64,000 nt of DNA from Mobula hypostoma. Its lineage: Eukaryota. The notes beneath the pieces are model-generated. The model had not been told where the DNA came from and did not search any database. It was given only the letters and a program-made list of their open reading frames with translations. Below are positions 1-12,500 of the stretch, piece after piece (within the stretch, counting starts at the first letter, position 1; each line of letters begins with the position of its first letter). The position numbers and the translations under genes were made by a program. The DNA lies in the NCBI RefSeq assembly GCF_963921235.1, contig NC_086109.1, positions 30,134,001 through 30,198,000 of the forward strand, written 5' to 3'.

Positions 1-398
1 TGCTTCATTTTAATAAACACCATTACATATTTACTGCATTGGGAAACCTATGATCAATGTACGATGTGACCATTGCATGTACTAAGTCCAAGATATTTTA
101 TTTTACGCCTAAACCTCTGAAATTTTTATACACTGCACAGTTTTTCTTTACTATTGATTATTCACTTGTAATATTTAATCAGCTCAATTTTATTGAAGGC
201 AAGAATTTACTACATATCTATTTTGAAGATATTTACTTAAAATTTTGTATTCAAATTTGAAGGAGTGATCAATGTTCGCTTGAAATCTAGTGATCCATGT
301 AATATAACATGCTTAAATGTATTGAAGTATGCTTTGGAAGTTATTACTATAAAGTTGATCAAGTTCATCTAAAATATGTATTATGTTTTCTTTTACAG

Positions 399-513
399 AT
401 TTTCGAACGAATTCTCTTCATATGGGCCATTCGACATCCAGCAAGTGGTTATGTTCAAGGAATTAATGACCTAGTTACTCCTTTCTTTGTGGTATTCCTT
501 TCAGAGCACGTGG
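399..513 (+). CDS. TBC1D22B: TBC1 domain family member 22B, internal coding exon (115 bp, phase 0 to 1)
   Basis: Acceptor ttttctttta-cAG|ATT at 398/399; donor G|GTATGT at 513/514. Encodes IFERILFIWAIRHPASGYVQGINDLVTPFFVVFLSEHV, including the TBC YxQ glutamine-finger motif. Confidence 0.96.
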
Positions 514-1349
514 GTATGTTTATATCATTCTTGCAGCTTGATGACAGGTTATAAACCATGAATGTATCGAGTAAATATACCTGAGATACTTGGTCACCTT
601 GTTATTTAAGAGAACTAAAACAATAAGGTAAAAGGCTAAAGGTTAGACCATGTTTGTCATGTTACACAAATGGCGTTGTCTCTATCAACAAAACTCTTTT
701 AAGGTACTAGAGAAAATGGAGAAAATTACAAGAACTAGACTGTGGGGATTTTAAAGAAACAATAGTGATGAGGTTTGATCTCTCAAAAAATGACTGCTGA
801 AGTTTTTGAAAGACTTGAGTCATGAATGAAATTGCCTTGCCAACAAAGAATTTAAAAGAAATTTCTTTATACAGAGCATGTTTAAAGTGTATAACTTGCT
901 TTCACATAAAACATTTGAGGCAGCTGCCTTTAAGGGGAAACTGAAGAGGAAAAAGTGTGAGTCAGAGGTATTTTGAAGGTGTGCAATAAATGGAAACAGA
1001 AATGGTAATAGATCTCTGCAAGAAGGCAGGTACCTTTTTCTCTTGCAGGAAGAAAGCATCCCTTTCAGTCTTAAATTGTTGCTGAGTGTTTGACTAGGAT
1101 AAACAGTATAACTTAGGAGGTTCCTTTTTCGTTTGAAGAAGAAACATCCCTGTAAAACTTAATGAAATGAAAAATACCTGAAATATTTCTTTTTAAAAGG
1201 AAATGGCCATTTCCACAATTACTGACAATAATTCTTGTTTTGAGAGGCTTTGGGCTCAGGCAACAGATTGCCATTGATTGAATAGCTGTAAGAATTATAT
1301 TTTTGGTTGTAAAAATCAACCTGTAAGGATTTCGGCACTTACTGCTAAA

Positions 1350-1545
1350 GGCAGCAGGGTAGCATAGTGGTTAGCACAACGATTTACAGTACCAGTGACC
1401 TTGGTTCAATTCCCGTTGCTTCATGTAAGGAGTTTGTATGTTCTCCCCATGACTGCGTGGGTTTCCTCCAGATGCTTCAGTTTCCTCCAGCAGTCCAAGG
1501 ACGTATCAGTTGGTGGGTTAATTGGTCATTGTAAATTGTCTTCTG
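1350..1545 (+). mobile_element. tRNA-derived V-SINE (HE1-like)
   Basis: A box (tagcatagtgg) and B box (ggttcaattcc), then the V domain gagtttgtatgttctcccc...gcgtgggtttcctcc...cagtccaagg. Confidence 0.85.
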
Positions 1546-1634
1546 ATAATCTCAGCCATTAGGCTCTATAAGGAGTCAACATATAGCCAGGGAAGTGATG
1601 ACCCCTTTCTGTTAGACTGTTTGAGGTAAGTTAT

Positions 1635-2316
1635 GCATTGTCTCTGCCATCTCAGCCTCTGAAGCTTGTAGCTCCTCTAGTTGTTATAGGTCTCTTGGTG
1701 GCTTACCTCATTAAGTCCCCTTTTTGTGTGGTTGCTCAGGTTTTGAAGATGGCCTGCTCTAGGCAGATTTACAGCTGTGCCACATTCTTTCCATTTATTG
1801 CTGATTGACTTAACTGTACTCCAAGGGATATTCAGTGGCTTGGAAATTTTCTTGTATCCGTCTCCTAACTTGTGCTTTTCAATAACCTTTTTGCAGAGTT
1901 GCTTGGAGTGTTCTTTTGTCTCCAGTGTAGATTCTGCCAGGATACTGACCAACAGCAGTTGGACCATCTAGATATAGGTGTATTTTTATTGTAACCAGTT
2001 GAGCACCATGTCTGTTCAGTAGTGATCTCCATTTAACTGATTATGTGACTTCTAAAACCAATTTGCTACATCAGTGTTGATTTGGTGTGTCATATTAAAG
2101 GGGGGTGGTTACTTACGTAATCAATTATTTTCTGTTTTATATTTGTAATTAATTTGGATCACTTCGAGGAGATCTGTTTTCACTTTGACACAAAAGTCTT
2201 CTTTTCTGTTGCTCCGTGTTTTTAAAAAAAGCCAAATTAAATCCACTGTGATTCAATGTTGTAAAACAATAAAACCTGAAAACTCCCACAAGGGTCAATA
2301 CTTTTTATAGACACTG
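1635..2316 (-). mobile_element. Tc1-like DNA transposon, 5' end remnant
   Basis: ORF 1677..1967 is a Tc1 paired-like HTH (KKVIEKHK.GDGYKKISK.LNIPWSTVKSI..KWK..GT..NLPRAG). Terminal TIR CAGTGTCTATAAAAAGTATT on the - strand, with TA at 2317-2318. Confidence 0.85.
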
Positions 2317-2324
2317 TACTTGCC

Positions 2325-3385
2325 TCCATTAATCAAGACATCAAGTACAAGAGTTGGGACGTCATATTATAGTTGAATAAACTTTAATTAGATATTAGTA
2401 CATAACTTGTGTTATGTACAGTTGTGCTTACCATGCATTACATGAGAAAATTGGAGTGCTTCAGTAACAAGAAAATATTGAAAAGCTTAGGTCTCTTTTC
2501 CCTGGAGCGGAGGAGGCTGAGAGGTGATTTGATGGAGGTATATAAAATTAAAAGCTCTGGATAGGGTATTTAGCTAGTGTCTATTTCACTCGGTAATTTC
2601 AGTGAAAGGAGGCTTTAAGGGAGTCTGGGGAAGAAAATCTATCACACAAATATGATATGATGATTATGAAGACGCATAGTCCTCTTTTATTGTCATTTAG
2701 TAATGCATGCATTAAGAAATGATACATTATTTCCTCCGGTGTGATAGCACAAAACACAGGACACAATACCATAAATTGATGAAGAAGTCCGTGAGCACAG
2801 TAAAGTTCAAAGTTTCTCAAATGTCCCACATCTCACGCAGACGGGAGAAGGAAGAAAAACTCTCCCTGCCGTGCCGACCACAATCCGACTCTGAGTCATC
2901 CGAAAACTTCGAGCTCTGATCAGCTCTCCAACACCGAGTACTGAGTGCCATCTCTGTCCGAACAATTCGACCTCCTTCTCGGTCGCCAAAAGCAGGCAAG
3001 GCTGGGGATTTTGAGGCCTACCCTCCGAAAGATTCACGACCACACAGTAACGACAGCAGCGAACGGGCGTTTCAGAAATTTCTCCAGATGTTCCTCTGTG
3101 CTTTCATGTACATTCTCCATCAAATCAGAATTGTCCAAGGCCCCTATTTAACAGATACAATATAATTTTCACCGGATCTTCTCCTCCCGTAGTTGGTATC
3201 TGCTATGTGCTGCTAGAGAAGGTTGTGAAGGCAAGAATAGTAATGTAATTTAAAAGGCATATCAAAATATACTTGATTGAGCACAATAGAGCAATATGGA
3301 ATTACTGCAAGCAAATGGGATTAGAAAAGATATGCATGTGCATGGTGGGCTGATCGGCCTGTTTCTTTATTGTACAATTCTGACT
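2325..3385 (+). mobile_element. Decayed CR1 LINE 3' fragment, split by a younger insertion (~2650-3188)
   Basis: ctggagcggaggaggctgagaggtgatttgatggaggtatataaaatt encodes LERRRLRGDLMEVYKI; CR1 3' UTR-like sequence resumes after 3188. Confidence 0.7.
2650..3188 (-). mobile_element. Unclassified CpG-rich non-coding interspersed element with a LINE-type tail
   Basis: Interrupts the CR1 remnant. The - strand ends taaatgacaataaaagaggac...cataatcatcat, similar to Rex-type tails elsewhere in the window. Confidence 0.5.
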
Positions 3386-3494
3386 TTGTATTGTAGGAGA
3401 TAAAGAATTTAAAACCTTTTTCGGTGTAACCCCAACAATCTTTATATTCAGAATGCTAAAATGATGACAATGATTTGGCCTCCAGAAACTATAA

Positions 3495-4060
3495 TAAGGG
3501 TGTGTGTTTAACCCTGTGCTCTACTTTATCAACACTCATGGCTGTGTGGCTAGGCACAGCTCAAGCAGCATGTACAAATCTGCCAATGACACCTCTGTGT
3601 TGGCCAATTCTTAGATGGCAATGAGGTGGTGAACAGGAGCAAGATAGGTGGGCTGGTTAGTGGTGTTACAACAATCTTGCACTTGACGTTAACAAGACCA
3701 AGGGTATCAGAAAAGGGAAGTCGAGAGAACACACACCAGTCCTCGTTGTGGGGTCGGTGGTGGAAAGGATGAGCAGCTTCAGATCCCTGTGAATCAACAT
3801 CTCAGAGTACCTATCCTGGACACACACGTTGATGAAATCACAAAGAAAGCACACCAGTGACTATACTTCATTCGGATTTTAAGGTCTGGTATATCACCAA
3901 AGATCCCAGCAAATTTCTGCAAATGTACAGTGAAGAGCACTCTGATTAGTTGCATCATTGCCTGTATAATTTCCAATGCAAAAGATTGAAAGTGGCTGCA
4001 GAGGATTATAGACTCAACCAGCTCCATCATGAGCACAATGCCAACCCTTCACATCATTGT
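3495..4060 (+). mobile_element. Decayed Rex/Babar-type LINE fragment (RT C-terminus)
   Basis: Degenerate match to the 7940..9124 ORF (aagaaagcacaccagtgactatacttcatt resembles KKAHQRLYF). Confidence 0.75.
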
Positions 4061-5058
4061 TAAATTTATTTGTCAGAATGTTTTGACGTTTCTCACACTT
4101 GCACAGTAAACACCAACAAAGTTTGGTATAGAAATAGATAAACACTAGCTTTTTATCCCTTACTCTTTTTTTTAAATCATTTGTTAAAACGTTAGAATTA
4201 AGATGTTCCTCCACCTTCCCCATAAAACATTCTTTCATACTTAAACTGAGATTTTGTGCTTTTTGCATTTTCTGTCTTGCTATCTTTTTGGTCAGGCTTT
4301 TTAACTCTTTCCCATTCTTTATTTTATTCTCTGTAGCTGGTATCACAAATTATTATATATATCAAGAAGCTGAAATAACAAGCAGTTTATTTCAGATGAT
4401 AGACCTTTGCTTGCATTGTTCACAAACATCTCCAATGACCTATAGAGGGTGCCACTGCATTTCGATTTTTCATTGCAGCAACATCTAATGCAAAATAGTG
4501 GATGTGTTGGAACCATATGTTTGCAGCCACAGAAAATTCTGGCCTAATATCTTGATTGTAAGTTAATGTGTGCTAGCATGCAGAAAGCATAATCATTGCT
4601 TAATGCCTTATCAACTGATGAGCACTAAAGAACAAAACAAGAGTCACTGAATAATATTCACCAAGGGACAATGCAGTAGCAAAAATTCAATAATATCTGA
4701 GATGGGAATGGATTTTTCTATGTTGCTGTTGGAACTATCTGGAAGGTTTCCAATCTAGCAGCTACTTCATGATCTTTGCAGATGTTGTACAACTGTCAAT
4801 GACTTTCTGGTTTTTAGGTTTAACATGATGATAGCAGCATCAGATTGAAAATAACAAAGATTTTCTGTAGATAAGTCCCCGCAAAAATTTAGCGCTGTCG
4901 TTCACAACATTATGTTCTTAAGTATTTGACAATATACAGTCTGATCTACAAATCTAACTCACTATGCTGCAACTCCAGTCTTTGACTTGGGTCTTCCTGG
5001 ATTATTAATGTTCAGTATTAACATTATTCTTCCTCAAAAGTACTTGAAGGATCTTAAT

Positions 5059-5125
5059 CGACTGCACCTCTTCCTAGAGATGCTGCCTGGCCTGCTGTGT
5101 TCACCAGCAACTTTTATGTGTGTTG
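5059..5125 (+). mobile_element. 67-bp Penelope terminal-repeat insert with 16-bp TSD
   Basis: Matches 14980-15043; flanked by CTTGAAGGATCTTAAT at 5043-5058 and 5126-5141. Confidence 0.9.
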
Positions 5126-5319
5126 CTTGAAGGATCTTAATGTTCAAATATACTTGGCGTTCATGAAGTCTTATGTTGCTTAACTTCTGAACAAGAAATA
5201 AGTAAAAATGTCCTGTAATAACGTGTACCTCTGTCTGATGTAATTCATTATTTTATAGGATTAGTAATCAAATACAGTGCTTTTCTCATCTTGTGGCCAT
5301 CAGCACTGAGGTAGAAGGA

Positions 5320-5737
5320 AAAAAGTATAGACTATTTTCTAAACGGGGAGAAAATTGAAAAATGAGAGGTGCAAAGAGTTTTGAAAATCCTTATGCAGGA
5401 TTCCCCCCGGTTGGTGGTAAAGAAGGCAAATGCAATGCATTTAAGGAGGACTAGAATATAAAAGTAATGATGAGGCTTCAAAGGCATTGGTCAGTATTTG
5501 GAGTATTGTGAGCAGAATTCTAGGCAAGTCTAGGAATAGAGTGCACAGCCTCAGTATAGAGGGATGTCCATTTAGAATAGAGATGAAGAGTAATTTCTTT
5601 AGCTAGAGGGTGGCAAATCTGTGGAATTTATTGCCATGGATAGTGAGAAGGCAGAGGAATGGGTTTGAGAAGGATAATAAATTAGCCATCACTCAAAGGG
5701 CTGAATGACCTAATTCTACTCTTATGGCTTATGTTCT
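5320..5737 (+). mobile_element. Decayed CR1 3' fragment
   Basis: Similar to the 3' part of the CR1 at 9561-12960; ends gggctgaatgacctaattctactcttatggcttatg. Confidence 0.75.
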
Positions 5738-6323
5738 TGCAGAAGAAGAAGCAAATAATTTGCGGCACCCAAAAATAAAAACAAGATTTCTCATTTACAT
5801 TGTTCGCATTGTTCAAGAATGACCTACCTTGAATGACCTTTCCAAATTTATTCATGCAACTAAAATATTGAAATAAAATCAGATGAAATCATTGTTTCAA
5901 GAATATTCTACCAGGTCAACATTTCAGATTGAAGCAGTAAGCAACACATTAGGAGTCATGTTAGACATCTGCTGTGAGTGCTTGAAAAGATACTGCAGTG
6001 AAAAACTTGAGCATTAAAAATAATTTGACTTCCTGACAGCACAGTCCTGCCACAAAAGTACAGTCATGAAATATCCTTGGCATTTTTTTAAAGAGAATCG
6101 CAAGGCATTCTATAAATATATCAGGAACAAGAGGATAATTAGAGGGAGGGTGGGACCACCCAAGGATAAAGGGGGAAACATTTGCTTGGATGCAAACGAT
6201 ATGGGTGAGGGCCTTAGTGAGTACTTCACATCAATATTTACCAAGTAGAGGAATGTGTAGGGATAGGGAAATCATTGCTGAGAATGTTAATACACTTTTG
6301 AAGGTTTTTGAAGTATTTTGAAG

Positions 6324-6580
6324 GTCTGAAGGTCGTAGGTTGGAGTCTCAGCCAAGGCAGCTGTTGTGTCTTTGAGCAAGGCACTTAACCACACAATGCT
6401 CCAGTCCACTCAGCTGAAAATGGGTACCGGCAAATGCTCGGGGTTAACCTCACGATAGACTGGCGTCCTATCCGGGGGGGTGGGGGGTGGGGGGGAGTCT
6501 CGTACTCTCAGTCACTTCACGCCACAGAAACCGGCATAAGCACCGGCCTGATGGGCCACAAGGCTCGGGACAGACTTTAA
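6324..6580 (+). mobile_element. 5'-truncated tRNA-derived CORE-type SINE
   Basis: B-box-like ggttggagtc, CORE-like gtgtctttgagcaaggcacttaacc...aaatgggtacc, and tail cagaaaccggcataagcaccggcctgatgggcc...cagacttta. ATTTTGAAG duplicated at 6315-6323 and 6581-6589. Confidence 0.75.
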
Positions 6581-7058
6581 ATTTTGAAGTTAAGGAAAAT
6601 GTATTGTTTGGTCTCTGAAAGAGCATTAAGGTGAATAAAACCCCAAGGCCTGATGGAATATACCCCAGATTATTAAGAGAGGAAAATGAAAAGATTGCTG
6701 GGGCCTTAACAAATATCTTTATGTCCTCTCTAGTCACAGGTGAGGTCCTAGAGGACTGGTGAGTAGCTAATGTTGTTCCACCGTTCAAGAAGGAAACCAG
6801 GGATAATCCTGGAAACTAGAGACCAGTGAGTCTCACGTTAGTGGTAGGGAGGTTACTGGAGAGAATTCCTAGGGATAGGATTTATAAGCATTTGGAAAAC
6901 CATGTCCTATCTTATCGTAAGACATTGACGAGGTCTCTCAAGGGATGCTCACCGAGATGATTCAGATGCATGGGACCCATTGTGAATTGGCTCTTTGGGT
7001 TCACAACTGACTTGCCCATAGAAGACAGAGGTTGGTAGTGAAGGGACTTACTTTAGCT

Positions 7059-7138
7059 CAGGGTTCCCAACCTTTTTTTATGCCTCGGACCAATACCATC
7101 AAGCAAGGAGTCCATGGACCCCAGGCTGTGAACCCCTG
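7059..7138. mobile_element. 80-bp hAT (Charlie-like) MITE
   Basis: TIRs CAGGGTTCCCAACC / GGCTGTGAACCCCTG; 8-bp TSD CTTTAGCT (7051-7058) / TTTTAGCT (7139-7146). Confidence 0.85.
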
Positions 7139-7826
7139 TTTTAGCTAGAGGTCTGTGGTTAGTGGTGTTCTGCAGGGATCTGTACTGGGACCTTTTCTGT
7201 TTGTGATTTATATAAATAACCTGGATGAAAATGCATAGGAATAATATGTTTTGTAGACAATATGATGATTGGTTGTGTTGTGGATAGCATAGATGTCTGG
7301 CAAGGAATACAATGGGATATAGATCATTTGCGGATATGTGTGGAGAAATGGCAGATGGAGGTTAATCTGGCCACGTGTGAAATGTTGCATCTTGGTAGGT
7401 CAAATGTAAAGAGACAGTGCACTGTTAAAGGCAAGATCCTTAACATTGCTGATGAGCAGAGGGATCTTGGGGTCCAAGTTCATAGCTCCCTGAAAGTAGC
7501 TACACAAGTTGATAGGATGGTTAAAAAGGCATATGGCATGCTTGCCCTTAGTTGCGACATGGAGTTCATAAATCAGGAATTTAAGCTGCAGCTTTATAAA
7601 ATTTTAGTTAGGCTGCACCTGGAGTATTGCATACAGTTCTGGTAACCTCACGATAGGAAGGATGTCAAGACTTCAGAGAGGGTGTAGAGGAGGTTTACAC
7701 GATGCTACCTGGATTAGAGGCCATGTGCTATAATGAGAGGTTGGACAAACTTGGGTTGTTTTCTCTGGCGTGGAGGAGGCTGAGGGGAGATCTGATAGAG
7801 GTTTATAAGATTGAGAGGTAATAGAC

Positions 7827-9386
7827 GGGTTCCCTGGGCCTGTGCAAGCGAGCTAGCTGGAGTGTTTGCTGACATCTTCAACTGCTCCTCACTTCAGTCT
7901 TAGATCCCCTCGTGTTTTAAGAAGGCAACGATAATCTCAGTGCCAAAGAAGAGCAAGGTGGCATGCCTGAATGACTATCGACCTGTGGCTCTGACATCAG
8001 TTGCTATGAAGTGCTTCGAGAGATTGGTTATGGCACACATCAACCACAGCCTACCGATCAACCTTGATGCCTTGCAATTCGCCTGCTGCAGCAACAGGTC
8101 AACGGCAGATGCCATCTTTCTGGGCCTACATTCCTCCTTAGAACACCTGGAGAATAAAGACGCATACACAAGGCTCCTTTTCATTGACTACAGCTCTGCC
8201 TTTAATACCATCATTCCAAATAAACTGATTCCTAAGCTCTGGAACCTGGGCCTCAGCACTCAGATCTGCAGCTGGATCTTCAACTTCCTCACAGACAGGA
8301 CCCAGGCTGTAAGAATAGGGGACAAGCTCTCCTCTACAATCACTCTGAGCACCGGTGCCCCACAAGGCTGTGTACTCAGCCCCCTGCTGTACTCTCTGTA
8401 CACCCATAATTGTGTAGCCAAGTTTCCATCAAACTCAATATTTAAGTTTGCTGATGACACAACAATTGTAGGCCGTATCTTGGGCAATGATGAGTTTGAG
8501 TACAGAGAGGAAACTAAGAACCTGGTGGCATGGTGCGAAGACAATAACCTATCCCTCAGCGTCAGCAAGACGAAGGAATTGGTTGTTGACTTCAGAAGGA
8601 GTAGCAGACCGCACGACCCAATTTACAAAGGTGCGCAATTGGAACAGGTCAAAAGCTTTAAGTTCCTTGGGGTCAATATCACAAATGACCTGACTTGGTC
8701 CAACCAAGCAGAGTTCACTGCCAAGAAGGCCCACCAGCGCCTTCATTTCCTGAGAAGACTAAAGAAATTTGGCCTGTCCCCTAAAACCCTCACTAATTTT
8801 TATAGATGCACCGTAGAAAGCATTCTTCTAGGGTGCATCACAACCTGGTATGGAAGCTGTCCTATCCAAGACCAAAAGAAGCTGCAGAAGATCGTGAACA
8901 CGGCACAGCACATCACACAAACCAATCTTCTGTCCGTGGACTCACTTCACGCTGCACGCTGTCGGAGCAGTGCTGCCAGGATAATCAAGGACACGACTCA
9001 CCCAGCCAACACACTTCTCGTCCCTCTTCCCTCTGAGAGAAGGCTCAGGAGCTTGAGGGCTCGTATGGCCAGATTTGGGAACAGCTTCTTTCCAACTGTG
9101 ATAAGACTGCTGAACGGATCCTGACCCGGATCTGGGCCGTACCCTCCAAATATCCGGACCTGCCTCTCAGTTTTTTTGCACTACCTAACTTCCCATTTTT
9201 CTATTTTCTATTTATGATTTATAATTTAAATTTTTAATATTTACTAATTTTAACTTTTTAATATTTTTAATATTTAATACTTGTAATCCAGGGAGTGGGA
9301 AGCGCAGAATCAAATGTCGCTCTGATGATTGTAGGTTCTAGTACCAATTGTTTGGTGACAATAAAGTATAAAGTAAAGTATAAAGT
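7827..9386 (+). mobile_element. 5'-truncated Rex/Babar-type LINE with an open RT ORF (7940..9124)
   Basis: RT motifs [32 protein letters not shown] and KFADD; C-terminal [16 protein letters not shown] (DUF1891-like); AT-rich 3' UTR and (AAAGT[AT])n tail. Confidence 0.9.
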
Positions 9387-9560
9387 ATAGATGGAATAGA
9401 CAGACAGTATCTTTCTCCCAGGGTTGAAATGTCTAATACCAGAGGGTATACATTTAAGGTGAGAGGGGTACTTTTAAAGGAGATGTTAGATGCAAGTTTT
9501 TTTACACAGAGTGGTGGGTGCCTGTGATGCGCTACCTAGAGATTGTGAGAGAGGCAGATA

Positions 9561-12500
9561 TAGACAGTAGGTGCAGGAGTAGGCCATTCGGCCCTTCGAG
9601 CCAGCACCGCCATTCACTGTGATCATGGCTGATCATCCACAGTCAGTATCCAGTTCCTGCCTTATCCCCATAACCTTAAAGATTCTGCTATCTTTAAGAG
9701 CTCCATCCACCTCTTTCTTGAAAGCATCCAGAGACTTGGCCTCCACAGCCTTCTGGGGCAGAGCATTCCATATATCCACCACTCTCTGGGTGAAAAAGTT
9801 TTTCCTCAACTCCGTTCTAAATGGCCTACCCCTTATTCTTAAACTGTGGCCTCTGGTTCTGGACTCACCCATCAGCGGGAACATGCTTCCTGCCTGCAGC
9901 GTGTCCAATCCCTTAATAATCTTATATGTTTCAATAAGATGCCCTCTCAGCCTTCTGAATTCCAGAGTATACAAGCCCAGTCGCTCCAATCTTTTGACAT
10001 ATGACAATCCCGCCATCCCGGGAATTAACCTTGTGAACCTACGCTGCACTCCCTCAATAGCAAGAATGTCCCTCCTCAAATTTGGAGACCAAAACTGCAC
10101 ACAGTACTCCAGGTGTGGTCTCACCAGGGCCCTGTACAGCTGCAGTAGGACTTCTTTGCTCTTATAATCAATTCCCCTTGTTATGAAGGCCAGCATGCCA
10201 TTAGCTTTCTTCACTACCTGCTGTACTTGCATGCTTGCTTTGAGTGACTGATGTACAAGAACACCTGGATCTCGTTGTGCTTCCGCTTTTCCTAACTTGA
10301 CTCCATTTAGATAATAATCTGCCTTCCTGTTCTTACCACCAAAGTGGATAACCTCACATTTATCCACATTAAACTGCATCTGCCATGCATCTGCCCACTC
10401 ACCCAGCCTGTCCAAGTCACCCTGCATTCTCATAACATCCTCCTCACATTTCACACTGCCTCCCAGCTTTGTGTCATCGGCAGATTTGCTAATGTTACTT
10501 TTAATTCCCTCATCTAAATCATTAATATATATTGTAAACAGCTGTGGTCCCAGCACTGAACCCTGCGGTACCCCACTGGTCACTGCCTGCCATTCCGAAA
10601 GGGATCCGTTAATTGCTACTCTTTGTTTTCTGTCAGCCAGCCAATTTTCAATCCATGTCAGTACTCTGCCCCCAATACCATGTGCCCTAATTTTGCTCAC
10701 TAATCTCCTATGTGGCACTTTATCAAAGGCTTTCTGAAAGTCCAGGTACACTACATCCACTGGCTCTCCCTTGTCCATTTTCATAGTTACATCCTCAAAA
10801 AATTCTCGAAGATTAGTCAAGCATGATTTCCCCTTCGTAAATCCATGCTGACTCAGACCAATCCTGTTACTACTATCCAGATGTGTCGTAATTTCATCTT
10901 TTATAATTGACTCCAGCATCTTGCCCACCACTGACGTCAGGCTAACCGGTCTATAATTCCCTGTTTTCTCTCTTCCTCCCTTCTTGAAGAGAGGGACAAC
11001 ATTAGCCACCCTCCAATCCACAGAAACTGATCCTGAATCTATAGAACATTGGAAAATATTACCAATGCGTCCACGATTTTTAAAGCCACCTCCTTAAGTA
11101 CCCTGGGCTGCAGACCATCAGGTCCTGGGGACTTATCAGGCTTCAGACCCAACAGCCTATCCAACACCATTTCCTGCCTAATATAAATTTCCTTCAATTC
11201 ATCCATTACCCTAGGTCCTTTGGCCACTATCACATCTGGGAGATTGTTTGTGTCTTCCCCAGTGAAGACAGATCCAAAGTATCTGTTCAACTCGTCTGCC
11301 ATTTCCTTTTCCCCCATAATAAATTCACCCACTTCTGTCTTCAAGGGCCCAATTTTGGTCTTAACTATTTTTTTTCTTTTCACATACTTAAAGAAGCTTT
11401 TACTATCCTCCTTTATATTCTTGGCTAGTTTACCTTCGTACCTCATTTTTTCTCCGCGTATTGCCTTTTTAGTTACCTTCTGTTGCCCTTTAAAAGTTTC
11501 CCAATCCTCCGGCTTCCCACTCATCTTTGCTATGTTATACTTCTTCTCTTTTATTTTTATACTGTCCATTACTTCCCTTATCAGCCACAGCCTCCCCTTA
11601 CTCCCCTTAGGATCTTTCTTCCTTTTTGGAATGAACTGATCCTGCACCTTCCGCATTATTCCCAGAAACTCTTGCCATTGCTGTTCCACTGTCAGCCCTG
11701 CTAGGGTGTTGTTCCATTGAACTTTGGCCAGCAACTCCCTCATAGCACCATAGTTCCCTTTGTTCAGCTGTAATGCTGACACTTCCGAGCTTCCCTTCAC
11801 CCTCTCAAATTGTAGATGAAAACTTATCATTAGGAGGTCACTACCTCCTAATGGCTTCTTTACCTCGAGGTCCCTGATCAAATCCGGTTCATTGCACAAC
11901 ACTAAATCTAGAATTGCGTTCTCTCTGGTAGGCTCCAGTATAAGCTGTTCTAAGAATCCATCTCGGAGGGACTCCACAAACTCTCTTTCTTGGTGTCCAG
12001 TACCAACCTGATTCCTCCAGTCTACCTGCATGTTAAAGTCTCCATAACAACTGTAGCATTACCTTTGCGACATGCCAATTTTAACTCTTGATTCAATTTA
12101 CACTCTACATCCAGACTATTGTTTGGGGGCCTGTAGATAACTCCCATTAGGGTCTTTCTACCCTTACAATTTCTCAGTTCTATCCATACTGACTCTACGT
12201 CTCCTGATTCTATGTCCTCCCTCGCAAGGGACTGAATATCATTCCTCACCAACAGAGCCACCCCAACCCCTCGGCCCACCAGTCTGTCCTTTCGATAGGA
12301 CGTATAGCCTTGAATATTCATTTCTCAGGCTCTGTCCACTTGAAGCCATGTCTCTGTTATTCCCACAAGATCATACTTGCCAATTTCCAGCTGTGCCTCA
12401 AGCTCATCCACTTTATTTCTTATGCTTCGTGCATTCATACAGAATACTTTTAATTCATTACTCCCCTCACCTCCCATATCAATTCCTATTTCACTTGGCC

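Noticed and set aside
309..554. ORFs 309..554 and 53735..53980 as stand-alone small proteins
   Set aside because: They are TBC1D22B exons read through into flanking intron; canonical splice sites delimit the true coding parts.
1350..1420. tRNA gene
   Set aside because: The A/B boxes belong to a SINE head that runs directly into the V domain; there is no complete cloverleaf.
9633..11021. 462-aa RT ORF as an active retroelement or a retron-like RT system
   Set aside because: It is a CR1 ORF2 fragment with an upstream stop and frameshifts, a truncated ORF1 and FADD changed to SADD; the context is eukaryotic.
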